Position numbers and translations under genes: made by a program
Shown here: one piece after another, positions 23,581 through 35,527 of the stretch
How the letters are laid out: every line of letters starts with the position of its first letter
Numbering within the stretch: position 1 is the first letter of the stretch
Source of the DNA: Macrostomum lignano
Taxonomy: Eukaryota
NCBI GenBank assembly: GCA_002269645.1
Contig: NIVC01000084.1
Span: 496,001-560,000, forward strand
Reading direction: 5' to 3'
DNA: 64,000 nucleotides
The notes under the pieces: generated by a model
Database searches by the model: none
The model's input: the letters and a program-made list of their open reading frames with translations, nothing else
What the model was told of the DNA's origin: nothing

Positions 23581-24099
23581 CTTTTCCAGGTCTATAGGCA
23601 GTAGATCTTACATGTTCTTGCTGAAATCAGCAAAAACAATAATTAAAATCATCAAAGGCCTATCCTCAAAGACTTATCCCAGAATCGAGTGCATGACTTG
23701 TGGGGCCAGAGGAGGGGAGAGAGGAGTGGTGAATGATGATTGCATTTTAGGCTATCTCCTAGCAATTTGACTTCTACAAGTAGAGACATTGGACTCTCAC
23801 TAATCAGCACAAAAATTTTCGGTGGACATTGCCGACCAATAGAAAATCGTCGTCCCACCTTAAGAAATGGATGAAAATGGCCAAGAAACCCTTTTCCTTA
23901 GCTTTAATTTATCTTTTAGCGCTCGTTCAATTTGTGGCAGATACACTCAGCAACATTGAAAAGTGTCCACGTACTGCACAAAAGGCTACACTAGCTGAAC
24001 AATTAGGGATTGAAAGGTTTTTAACTGTTTAGGCCATAGACAATCAAAATACAACAAAGAATGAACAGCGAAACAAGATCATGCCCATTTCCACGCTGT

Positions 24100-24400
24100 G
24101 TACCTATCAAAAGCACAGTCAGTAACAGGTACGAGCGTATAGATAGCAACCACGAGTGTCCAACAGACCGCTCACTCGTCGAGGCATTCCCGAACAAGGC
24201 GCCGCAGAATGTCTTGTGGAAGCTGTTGCCACGCGACTGAAAGCGCATTGGGCAGCTGGACCATGTTATCGGGGGATAGAGATTTTTGCACCGAATCGTG
24301 CGCTTCAGGAAATCCCGCACGTGCTCAATCGAGTTCATTTCCGGTGATCTAGACGGCCAACGCAGAATGCGCCAATCAGTCATTTAGCGGACTATCGTTG
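24100..24400 (-). mobile_element. Decayed Tc1 transposase fragment (C-terminal catalytic region)
   Basis: Minus frame LRWPSRSPEMNSIEHVRDFLKRTIR matches the Tc1 motif WPxxSPDLNPIEHxWxxLKR. Confidence 0.75.
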
Positions 24401-24790
24401 TCACCTGCGTCCAGATGCCTCCAGTAAACCCGTGTACACTCGTTACTGTAACGCTTTTACCTGTGACAGCAGATATCGGTCTTTACACTTTCCTGCCCTT
24501 TTTGCTCATTTGTCTATGGCCTAACACCAATTGGCGAAACCATCGATCGTGCTGCCCATGGACCCTTGGCGCAAGGGTGGACACTTTTAAATGTTGCTGA
24601 GTGTACACATGTACTCTAGCTGCCGTACAATATTTACAACTCAACCAAATCCATTCACTTTCTCACCATCGTCTATGGTAGAGGCTAAATCAAAGGACTA
24701 ATGAAATCAAATTCACTTCTTACAGCGGTTAGTAGCTTCAGACTGTGGATTAGACGCAATATTTGTTTCTACGTCCGTCATGGATAAATA

Positions 24791-25967
24791 CACCATTTTA
24801 CCCTCGATTTTGAACAAGGAGAACTTCGAAACTGACAAACTCCTCTTCAATATTGACACTCTATGGTCGAGCACTCAAAATCTACAATCAATATTGACAG
24901 ATCAAGCTTCATTTTTGACAAACTCTGGTTCAATTTTGACAATGCACGTTTAGTCAACTTCTCCTGGGAGAATTCGGTAACAAAGTTATCCAATGAAAGC
25001 CTGAACGGGGCTGAAGTGAGCTGTGCAAAATCAGCTTATTCTGACTTTGCTTTTTGGATCTACAAGTATTGATAAAATTTATTTTTCTCTATCCTTTACA
25101 CACAGACTAAAATAGCCTGACTGGTTGGGCTGCAAAGTCCGATTCTATTTTGACAGAGTTGCTTCAAAACTGACACTCTATGGTTTGTGTACCTAAAAAG
25201 TCCGCTTCATTTTTGACAACTCCGAATCAATATTGAACAGTTTACAATCGATTTTGACTAAGAAATTTTTTGAAATAGATTTTAACAATTTTTACTAAGA
25301 TTTCTCTCCTGAGGGGGGGGGTACTTGCTATTTGGGAGAAGGGGTACTGGCTGCATGTATCTACGAGTACATGTATGGGAATATTTCTATCCAGGGATAC
25401 ATGCAGCCAGTACCCCTTCTCCCAAATAGCAAGTACCCCCCCCCCTCAGGAGAGAAATCTTAGTAAAAATTGTTAAAATCTATTTCAAAAAATTTCTTAG
25501 TCAAAATCGATTGTAAACTGTTCAATATTGATTCGGAGTTGTCAAAAATGAAGCGGACTTTTTAGGTACACAAACCATAGAGTGTCAGTTTTGAAGCAAC
25601 TCTGTCAAAATAGAATCTGACTTTGCAGCCCAACCAGTCAGGCTATTTTAGTCTGTGTGTAAAGGATAGAGAAAAATAAATTTTATCAATACTTGTAGAT
25701 CCAAAAAGCAAAGTCAGAATAAGCTGATTTTGCACAGCTCACTTCAGCCCCGTTCAGGCTTTCATTGGATAACTTTGTTACCGAATTCTCCCAGGAGAAG
25801 TTGACTAAACGTGCATTGTCAAAATTGAACCAGAGTTTGTCAAAATTGAAGCTTGATCTGTCAATATTGATTGTAGATTTTGAGTGCTCGACCATAGAGT
25901 GTCAATATTGAAGAGGAGTTTGTCAGTTTCGAAGTTCTCCTTGTTCAAAATCGAGGGTAAAATGGTG
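24791..25967. mobile_element. 1177-bp near-perfect palindromic non-autonomous DNA element flanked by TA
   Basis: Arms 24791-25361 and 25396-25967 are reverse complements; I found two substitutions and one G-run indel. 34-bp spacer. Termini TA|CACCATTTT...AAAATGGTG|TA. Confidence 0.92.
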
Positions 25968-26049
25968 TAGTCACTTGAATAATTTTTATAGTCTATCGGC
26001 AAAGTTCTAATTCATTTACAGTTCAGTTGAGAGAAGCATCTTCTCTTTA

Positions 26050-26600
26050 GAGTCGTGTTTTAGTATAGCCTTTTGAAGCCCATTTGGGCCTACGCGGATT
26101 GAATTTAATCCAAGATAGATTTGTCACTGTAACGGAGCTTTTGTCTATGGTAGAAAGGCTGGCACAGCAGCATTTAATTTGGTGGTCCAGCAAGCATCAA
26201 TTTGGTCCAAACGCTAGTGAGCCATTCGGCCAACTCTTGCCTTCTCGCAACTGTCTGCAGGTTGTTGCGTACCGCTGGAATGTCAGCGTCTCTACCAACA
26301 ATTTTCTGTCGCTTTTCCAGAGCTCTGCTGATAGTCAAAATCTGATAACCTGCATTTTCTGCAACGTCAGCAAAGGGTTCGTCATAATTGCATCGAGTAG
26401 CAGTTGGACCTGAGGCTCTCGCAACTTGCCTTGGCGATTGCCACCCTTTCGCAGGTGACCTCTGCCGGCAGTGGTTGTGAATGAAATTTGTAAACGATGA
26501 ATATATTTTCTTCTATATTCATCAACCTTGCAATGTCCTTTGGGTGTTCACCCCTGTCGAGCGCTTCGATCACAACAAGCCAATGGCATTCGTTCGACAG
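26050..26600 (-). mobile_element. Decayed IS630/Tc1-like transposase fragment
   Basis: Minus-strand pieces in shifting frames: IEALDRGEHPKDIARLMNI (HTH-like), GGNRQGKLREPQVQLLLDAIMTNPLLTLQKM, IPAVRNNLQTVARRQELAEWL. Confidence 0.5.
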
Positions 26601-27269
26601 CCCAGCATATGATCCACAATTCTGGGGCTGATCTTGCTCCTCCGCAGCAGTTGCAAATGAAGCTATGGACCAAATTGATGCTTGTTGGACCCAATGAGTT
26701 TTATAATTAGCAACCTGGAGTAGAAACGATTTTTACCTCATGAGGCCACGCCAATTGTAAAGATAAGGAGCCAGAACTAAATGTCTAGTAGTTTTATAAA
26801 AACAACATTAATTACAATTCGGAGGTATTAATTGACAAAAAAAACTTCATGCTGTTCCATATTATTTTTCACGGCGATGTTAATTATTTCCAGGGTAAAT
26901 CCCCCAGCAGCAACATAAACAATTTACGTTGACCTCCCACAAGTAATCAGCAATATAACTAAATTGCTAGTAGCTGTCTTTACCCTGCAAAGACTGTTCC
27001 AGGAATGTTAATTTCACCATTTTTTCGAGTCTATTCTTGAAATCGAAAAATACAACCCTGCAACGATTAAAAAAGGATCTTTGCATTCCGTTTAGTTTTA
27101 AAAAAATATTTAAATTATAAAAAAAATTGTAAAAAAATTTCCTACTAATTCCAGTTCTGTTATTTATGAAAGTTCATTATGAAAACTTGATTCTTTTTTT
27201 AAGCCACACAAGATATCTCGTCTCCTTTCTATACTTCCAGCTCGGTTATAAAACTGTTGACTAATCGAA

Positions 27270-27366
27270 ATGAACTGCGTCTACCGTTGCATCCTTTTAT
27301 TCTCACTGAGCTGCCAGCTGCATACTGCATGGTCAATCGGATATTTGGAAACGGAGAATTTAAAGT
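27270..27366 (+). CDS. Secreted single-WSC-domain protein 2, exon 1 (signal peptide)
   Basis: MNCVYRCILLFSLSCQLHTAWSIGYLETENLK, then t|gtgagt (phase 1). Confidence 0.85.
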
Positions 27367-27389
27367 GTGAGTTTCAAGCTGCCGCTCAT

Positions 27390-28140
27390 TGTGCTAAAGC
27401 CCCTGGTGCTAAAGCCCCTGTTGCTGGCGCCCATGTTGCTAAAGCCCTGGTGCTAAAGACCATGGTGCTAAAGCCCCTGTTGCTAAATCCCCTGGTGCTA
27501 AATCCCCTGGTGCTAAAGCCCCTGGTGCTAAAGCCCCTGGTGCTAAATCCCCTGGTGTTAAATCGCCTGGTGCTAAAGACCCTGGTGCTAAAGCACCTGG
27601 TGCTAAATCCCCTGGTGCTGAAGACCCTGGTGCTAAATCCCCTGGTGCTAAAGCCCCTGTTGCTGGCGCCCCTGTTGCTAAATCCCCTGGTGCTAAATCC
27701 CCTGGGTGCTAAAGCCCCTGGTGCTAAAGCCCCTGTTGCTAAAGCCCCTGGTGCTAAATCCCCTGGTGTTAAATCGCCTGGTGCTAAAGACCCTGGTGCT
27801 AAAGCCCCTGGTGCTAAATCCCCTGGTGCTGAAGACCCTGGTGCTAAATCCCCTGGTGCTAAAGCCCCTGGTGCTAAAGCCCCTGTTGCTAAAGCCCCTG
27901 TTGCTAAAGCCTGGTGCTAAAGCCCCTGGTGCTAAATCCCCTGGTGCTAAAGCCCCTTGGTGCTAAATCCCCTGGTGCTAAAGACCCTGTTGCTGGCGCC
28001 CATGTTGCTAAAGCCCCTGTTACTAAATCCCCTGGTGCTAAATCCCCTGGTGCTAAAGCCCCTGGTGCTAAAGCCCCTGGTGCTAAAGAATCTGTTGCTA
28101 AAGTCCCTGGTGCTAAAGTCCCTGGTGCTAAAACCGCTGC
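27390..28140 (+). repeat. 15-bp minisatellite in the WSC2 intron
   Basis: GGTGCTAAAGCCCCT and variants. Confidence 0.95.
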
Positions 28141-28282
28141 ACAGATCAGTCCATGTGCGTCACCTCAGAGATACCTGATGCTAAGAAATTCAGGCCCCAT
28201 AACCAAGCAATGAGGTGTATTTGTAATCTGTTTACAATTTATCTAAAACAATTGTATTCGCCAAAATCCATCAATTTTACAG

Positions 28283-28632
28283 GGCAACTAATCGGCTGTT
28301 TTAAGTCTGACGCATCGAAACTGGCTCTGCAGAACAAAATGACCGATCCAGTCGGCAAAAAGTTCATGTCGCACAGTATCTGTCAGGCCGCTTGCAAGGG
28401 CGCAGGATACACGTACTTTGGTCTGATGAAGGGCTCAGAATGCTATTGCGACAGTACCATCCAGATCAAAGATTCTCTGTTGTATGAGATCAGTTCGTGC
28501 AGACATCTGTGCTCAGGGAACGAGCAGCAATTGTGCGGCGGCTTGAAAACAATGCTTGTGTTTGACACTTTCCTCAAGTCGAGGTTCGGCTGCCCGGATA
28601 CAAGGCTGTTTAATAGTTGCGGTAAAGTCTAA
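28283..28632 (+). CDS. Secreted single-WSC-domain protein 2, exon 2 (148 aa total)
   Basis: ttttacag acceptor at 28282 (phase 1). WQLIGCF...MSHSICQAAC...YFGLMKGSECYCD...CRHLCSGNEQQLCGG. AATAAA near 28680. Confidence 0.9.
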
Positions 28633-28859
28633 ACCAGTGATTGCCTATGCAAGGAGGATAAATGTTTATTGCTCCTACTAATAAACACAACAGCAAATTT
28701 CAATTTTACTTGAAGCGATCTTTAATTGCTAATTGACTGGGGAATGTGTTGGAAAATCATTTGGATGCGCCAGTGAGGGAGCTAGTAGCGCTATAATGAG
28801 GGGCGCCATTTTAGAGGCGCCACTTTTGGGGGCGCCAGAACCAGTGACGCCAGCACAAG

Positions 28860-30420
28860 GGGCTCCAGGGGACTTTAGCATTAAGGGGCTTTAGCACCAA
28901 GGGGCTTTAGCACCAAGGGGCTTTAGCACCAAGGGGCTTTAGCACCAGGGGCGCCAGCACCAAGGGGCTTTAGCATTAAGATGCTTAAGCACCAGGGGCT
29001 TTAGCACCACCGGTTTAGCACCAAGGGGCTTTAGCACCAGGGGCTTTAGCACCCAGTGGCTTTAGCAACAACAGGGGCTTTAGCAACAACAGGGGCTTTA
29101 GCAACAACAGGGGCTTTAGCAACAACAGGGGCTTTAGCACCCAGGGGCTTTAGCACCCAGGGGCTTTAGCACCCAGGGGCTTTAGCACCCAGGGGCTTTA
29201 GCAACAACAGGGGCTTTAGCAACAACAGGGGCTTTAGCAACAACAGGGGCTTTAGCAACAACAGGGGCTTTAGCAACAACAGGGGCTTTAGCAACAACAG
29301 GGGCTTTAGCAACAACAGGGGCTTTAGCAACAACAGGGGCTTTAGCAACAACAGGGGCTTTAGCAACAACAGGGGCTTTAGCACCCAGGGGCTTTAGCAC
29401 CCAGGGGCTTTAGCACCCAGGGGCTTTAGCACCCAGGGGCTTTAGCAACAACAGGGGCTTTAGCAACAACAGGGGCTTTAGCAACAACAGGGGCTTTAGC
29501 AACAACAGGGGCTTTAGCAACAACAGGGGCTTTAGCAACAACAGGGGCTTTAGCAACAACAGGGGCTTTAGCAACAACAGGGGCTTTAGCAACAACAGGG
29601 GCTTTAGCAACAACAGGGGCTTTAGCACCCAGGGGCTTTAGCACCCAGGGGCTTTAGCACCCAGGGGCTTTAGCACCCAGGGGCTTTAGCACCCAGGGGC
29701 TTTAGCACCCAGGGGCTTTAGCACCCAGGGGCTTTAGCACCCAGGGGCTTTAGCACCCAGGGGCTTTAGCACCCAGGGGCTTTAGCACCCAGGGGCTTTA
29801 GCACCCAGGGGCTTTAGCACCCAGGGGCTTTAGCACCCAGGGGCTTTAGCACCCAGGGGCTTTAGCACCCAGGGGCTTTAGCACCCAGGGGCTTTAGCAC
29901 CCAGGGGCTTTAGCACCCAGGGGCTTTAGCACCCAGGGGCTTTAGCACCCAGGGGCTTTAGCACCCAGGGGCTTTAGCACCCAGGGGCTTTAGCACCCAG
30001 GGGCTTTAGCACCCAGGGGCTTTAGCACCCAGGGGCTTTAGCACCCAGGGGCTTTAGCACCCAGGGGCTTTAGCACCCAGGGGCTTTAGCACCCAGGGGC
30101 TTTAGCACCCAGGGGCTTTAGCACCCAGGGGCTTTAACACCCAGGGGCTTTAGCACCCAGGGGCTTTAGCACCCAGGGGCTTTAGCACCCAGGGGCTTTA
30201 GCACCCAGGGGCTTTAACACCCAGGGGCTTTAGCACCCAGGGGCTTTAGCACCCAGGGGCTTTAGCACCCAGGGGCTTTAGCACCCAGGGGCTTTAGCAC
30301 CCAGGGGCTTTAGCACCATGTCTTTTAGGACCAGGGGCTTTAGCACCATGTCTTTTAGGACCAGTGGCTTTAGTACCAGAGGCACCAGCATCAGGAGCGC
30401 CAGCAGTGGTGGCGCCAAAG
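28860..30420 (-). repeat. 15/16/18-bp minisatellite, reverse complement of the WSC2 intron family
   Basis: GGGGCTTTAGCACCCA(G) and GGGGCTTTAGCAACAACA blocks; the 16-bp form is homogenised over about 29620-30310. Confidence 0.95.
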
Positions 30421-31223
30421 CCCTAAAGCCTTGGTCTGTGGAGTTGCTATAAAATTTAGGAACAGGATCGGGTTTAAACCTGTGATGGGTGCCACACACA
30501 ACGGTAATTTTTGTCAGCCTATTACATGTACATGTAATTGAGGCGAGGCGCGGTTCCTTATGCCCTCTGGCTAATTTAGCTACGCCCCGGCTGCAAAGAA
30601 TATTTAAAATTAAAAAAATTAATTGCTTTTGGTCGCCTTTAATACGTTAGCAGAAGGGGGGTCAACTTATTATAGTGCTGGACATATTAATGCATGGTTG
30701 GAATTCAATTCGATCTTGTAATCCGAACGAGAGAACGCGCCGCTGCGATAAAAAAATCTGCTTCCATTCTGGAGGCTAAATGAATTCAAATTCAAATTCA
30801 AATTATACTGACACATATGATCTCTACGATCGTATTCAGCCTATTGTCTGACGGCAGGGACGGGCTAGAGAGATGAGTGCGAGACAAAGTAGATAAATGC
30901 AGGGTGAAACAGCTAGTAGTGGTCTCTGCGACTTTCGTCATTTGGTATAACTTTTGAAAGCTTTATCATCGCGGCCTTTTTTCTCCCTCGCATGTACTGT
31001 ACATGTACCCTATTTTCATTGGACGTCGAATATCACTAAAAGTATTCGCGAACTCTGCGATTTGTCCAGCACAATCTAGTTTTACATGCATATGTACGCT
31101 CGGCTTTGATCTTCCAATTTCCAAGTTCACTACATTTTGCTTGGACTCAACCTACAATGGTACATAGACCTACTAGACTTAGAATGATTGAGCATGAGTG
31201 ATGAGAATATAATTCATTCACTA

Positions 31224-32961
31224 TCGTGTGCGCAAAAGGTATCCGGACAAAATATTGTTGGCTTTGCTTTCCGAGAGTTTGACATACTCCGGCAATTTAA
31301 AGCATCATTTGTATAATATGTCTATGGCCCAACTTCTGCCTGGAATTTTAACCCTGATATGCAAAATGGACTCATGCTGTTCATCCTTTTATTTCGAAAG
31401 CTTCGTTTTCAATCCGCGGATTTGCCACCCCAAGTTGTCACAAAATGGCAAGCTATTCCTTGGATCTCAAGAAGCGTGTCGCTACCGATTTGACTTCTGG
31501 AATGAGCGTGCGAATGTGTGCTGAGAAGTACTCAGTAGGGAAGAGCACCATCGGTGATTGGAAGAAGCTGCTGGATTCTGGCGACAGCCTGGAACCGAAG
31601 GAGAAATCGGGACGGCCGCGGACAGTCCGGACACCAGACTTCATGGCCAACCTCGAAGCCAAGCGGGCAGAAGACCCAACGAAGACGATGAGGCAAATTG
31701 CCCGAGAGGAAGGAGTGCATGAGAGCAATGTCCGCAATGCATTTTGGGAGATGGGCGTCAGGAGCTTCGTGCAGAGGGAGATCCCCATGCTGAACGCGGA
31801 TCAGCTGGGGCTTCGGGTTCAACGGTCACGGAGGCTCCTGAATGACCTCAAGACCTCTCCCGGAGTTGAAGTCATCTTCTTCACGGATGAAAAGAACTTC
31901 ACGCGGACACCCTACCGGAATCGCAGCTCTTCGCGCGTGCTGGCAGTGAGGAGCGGGACGTCTTCAACTCGCCACAGATGAAGCACCCGGCAACCATCAT
32001 GGTCTTCGGCCTCGTCGCTTCTGATGGCAAGAAAATGCAGCCAATATTTTTTGACAAGGGGTACCGACTGAATGGAGACGGGTACCTTGATGTGCTCCAG
32101 AAAGTGCTGCACTGGATTCGCAGTAACTATCCCGACAAGGTGCGGCCGGATGGCAGTTTTGCAGATGGCTGGAACTTTCGCTTCCAGCAGGATTCGGCTC
32201 TAGCACATACTCGCAATGACGTGCAGGCCTGGCTCAGCGCTCACTTCGGGCGCAAGCGCGTCTGGCTGAAGGAGGACTGGCCAGCCTACTCACCGGATCT
32301 AAATCCCCTGGATTTTTCGATCTGGAACTAGGTTGACAAGCGGGCCTGCAGAAGCTTCCACACATCCCTGGACTCGCTGAGATCTGCCATTCATGAGGCT
32401 TGGGAATCAGAGCTGACTCCGGAATATCTGGTGAGATGCTGCAAAGCGTTTCGTGGTCGTCTTGAGAAGGTGATTGCCCAAGGAGGTTCTCCAATCGTGG
32501 ATTAAATCGAGTCTGGCATGCAGAGCCGCTTGTTGGAACCATTTGAGCAGCACATGTCAGCAAGTGGGCCAGGTGATTGATTCGAGGAAGTCTGACGATC
32601 TTGAACTCTGTTAGAAAAAGCGACCGCTTCTTTAAATTAAGTTTCACTTTTGTTGCTCAATGCCCTCGTTACGTTTCTCTTGTTCGCATTTTAGAAAAAA
32701 ATCGTTTTTACGTTGCTAAATGGAACACGTGCTTGAAATTTCGCGATTTACGTCATCTACCTTTAATTAAGCCATTATCACCTTTCCAGGTGAAAATAGA
32801 CCGACCTGTTGTATTGGCCACTTTGCTGAAAAACGAGCTACGACAATTTGTTGCATTAAGTTGCGATGTGAAAATTCATTGATTTTGGGTGCAACACGTG
32901 CATATTTATCTGTCCTTCTCTGCAACACATGCAAGTGTCCGGATACTTTTTGCGTACCCGG
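31224..32961 (+). mobile_element. Full-length (1738 bp) inactivated Tc1/mariner element, maT-like
   Basis: Imperfect 26-bp TIRs (TCGTGTGCGCAAAAGGTATCCGGACA vs revcomp CCGGGTACGCAAAAAGTATCCGGACA), TA on both sides. Transposase runs 31445 to about 32505 with FTDEK, QQDS and SPDLNPLDF motifs. Frameshift near 31960-31980 and in-frame TAG at 32329. Confidence 0.92.
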
Positions 32962-34590
32962 TATAGTATCACGATATCCCATGCCAAATCAAGTTTTACT
33001 TTTACAAATCGCGGTCACTTTTACACTTGTCGCACCTTTTTTAGTCATTTCTTCAGTTCGTCTGCACTTGTGACTGCATGTTTAATTACTCTGCAATTAC
33101 TCTATTTTTCTTCCATGGACAACTAGTTGTCCATGTTTTCTTCCTCTCTGATTGAACAATAAGATTGAACTAATCTTATTGTTCTTATTATATCCCTCAG
33201 CTCCCTTTACTGCCTTCTGATTGGGATCTCCATTCTCGCCTCTTCCTTAGTCGCGTGCACTCCACCCTCTTTATCTGGACTCAACCCCACTGCTATCTGG
33301 GAAAAATGTCTGGGAAAATGTTTAAAAAATACATCATATTCGACTTGCTAAGTAGTGGCTTGAAAATTTTGCAATAATTACGGGCCCCTTGAGTTAATGT
33401 CTTATAAATATACCCGTTTTGGCCCTGCGCCTCACTTACTTCTTTTGTCTTACTGTTCACTTTAACTATAATTTAAGTAGTACGTTCTTTATACTGAGAA
33501 AAGAAATTGCAGCACAGAAAAATTCATTCTAGGATAATTCGGATTTTGTCGTAGATTAGATAAAGGAAACATCACAGTCACACTCATCACAGAGAATACA
33601 TGTAAAACCTAAAGAGATATTTAATTTATTTCAAATCGCGAATAATAATCTGAATTAAAAATTTCCAAACGTTAAATAAGTGATGCCAGGCATGTTTACG
33701 AGCTACACCGGAATTTTAGCCGTTCGTACAAACAGAATTCACCCGGACTGCAAAATCTGTAATAAACTATTTATCCTAAGTTTGACTTATTCATCTAAAA
33801 AAACATAATAAAAGAAAAACAATGACGTGTTTAGACTATTTACTGGACGTTGAAAGAAATTTGCGTGAATTCGAATCGAAAATATTTCTTGCTGAAATAA
33901 AATTAAGTAAAAAAATTGACTCAGCGGCAGCATAGGGCCTAGTCCTAGGTCTAATGGCCTTTAAGGTCATCTTCTTGCGTTAGGCCTATATACGAGTGTA
34001 TTTTGCAAAGAATTTTCACTAAAAATAGTTTGCAAGTTAATAACTGCAATGCTAATAAATTAAATAAAAACTTATATAAATGGGAAAAAATACTTTACTT
34101 AGACCTTTTTCTACTTTGACATGGAATAATCTTTTAATATTGATCTAGCTTTTATTACTATAAGGTCTAAGTCTTATGTGATAAACATTGTCATATTTTA
34201 TAGAAATGGCTTTTAAGGAAACTTTCACACTTACAAAAAGTAGGGACTTTAGTAATATAAAATTGAAAAAAGTAGTTTCTTCTAGTAGAAAAGTCATCTT
34301 TAAATACAAAGCAATAAAATAAACTATTTTTTTATTCTTAGCAATTTTTGGCAATAAAGAGATAGCTGACATCTCCTATTGTTTGGAAAGCCAAATGCAT
34401 TTATGCTAGGATTTCCTAGCATACAGTAAGGATAGGCCTACTTACTTGCCATTTTTTAGCATATATCTGCATATATCCTGCATACAGCATACATAACATA
34501 GTGGAAACATTGTGTCAGTGATGCATTTTTTAGTTCTGGCATACAAACAAGGCAACAAGGTCTTGTAATTTTTTCTAGCACGTAACTTGG

Positions 34591-34829
34591 CGGCGCATGA
34601 CTAAGACCGCCACACACCAAGACCACCATAGCTATTATTGGCTACTGGTATTGAGGGGGAACTACCAATCTTCTAGCATTGCTATTCCTCTCATAGGTTC
34701 TTTTCTTGCTGCTGGCTTTCCTACCCACTCATCACCTCTCTAGCACCATCTAATAACATATAAATTCAAATTTCTCCCTTAGCTCCCCAAGTGTGGCAGT
34801 CTTGGTGTGTGGCGGTCTTGGTCCTACAC
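34591..34829. mobile_element. Small MITE-like element
   Basis: Inverted 21-mer AAGACCGCCACACACCAAGAC (34603-34623 / 34799-34819). Flanked by direct TAACTTGG at 34583-34590 and 34830-34837. Confidence 0.55.
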
Positions 34830-34837
34830 TAACTTGG

Positions 34838-35290
34838 CCAGCATGGAATTCTTGCATCTGGCATATAAAACGGAAAATTGCAACTTTTTTTGTGCGCAAT
34901 TCCATATTGAACCAAATGCAATTTTACAATCTTAAAAAAATTTAGTGACGCAATTTTTAGCATTACCAATTGTCAAAATAATGTTTTGCAATAGTCTCAT
35001 ACTTGCATTTTTGAGGACTTGTTACAATAAATATTAAACTGATTATCTTTGTTTTTTAAGTAGAGAAATTTGAACAGTTTTTACATAACAAACTATACAA
35101 ATGTTACCTTTTTGTAGTAATTCTACATTTAATACAGTAAAGTTAATAATTTAAACTGTGCAAACAGTTGCAAAATAATTCGCAATTTTTGTCGCATTTT
35201 TTCAGCCTGTACAAGTGCGCAATTTTTTTTGCAATTTTTTTCCCAGACGCAAAAATGCATTGCAATTTTTGTGCAAGAATTCCATCCTGG
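34838..35290. mobile_element. MITE (about 450 bp)
   Basis: 19-bp TIR CCAG(C/G)ATGGAATTCTTGCA. Flanks TAACTTGG / TAACTTTA. Internal (T)TGCAA motifs. Confidence 0.7.
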
Positions 35291-35527
35291 TAACTTTATA
35301 TATTAATATACAATCTAAACTATGGGCCATCTCTAATGTCAAATGGATTCTATAGTAAGGATAAGGCTACTCTTGTTATCTTCAAGTGTGAACCCATTTG
35401 ATATTGACATAGTTGCTAGTACTATGCAGGCTTCATCGACATAGCTATTTTTTTAAAACTCTCCAATATAAGATACATTTTATATTATAGACATCACCTT
35501 TACCACATGTCTTTAGGCTCTAATATT

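Noticed and set aside
24863-26002. Duplicated 69-aa ORFs on opposite strands
   Set aside because: A consequence of the palindrome; no recognisable protein.
27270-27920. 216-aa ORF of signal peptide plus GAKAP/LKPLV repeats
   Set aside because: Read-through of a consensus GTGAGT donor into the intron array; the spliced WSC2 model is coherent and mirrored by WSC1.
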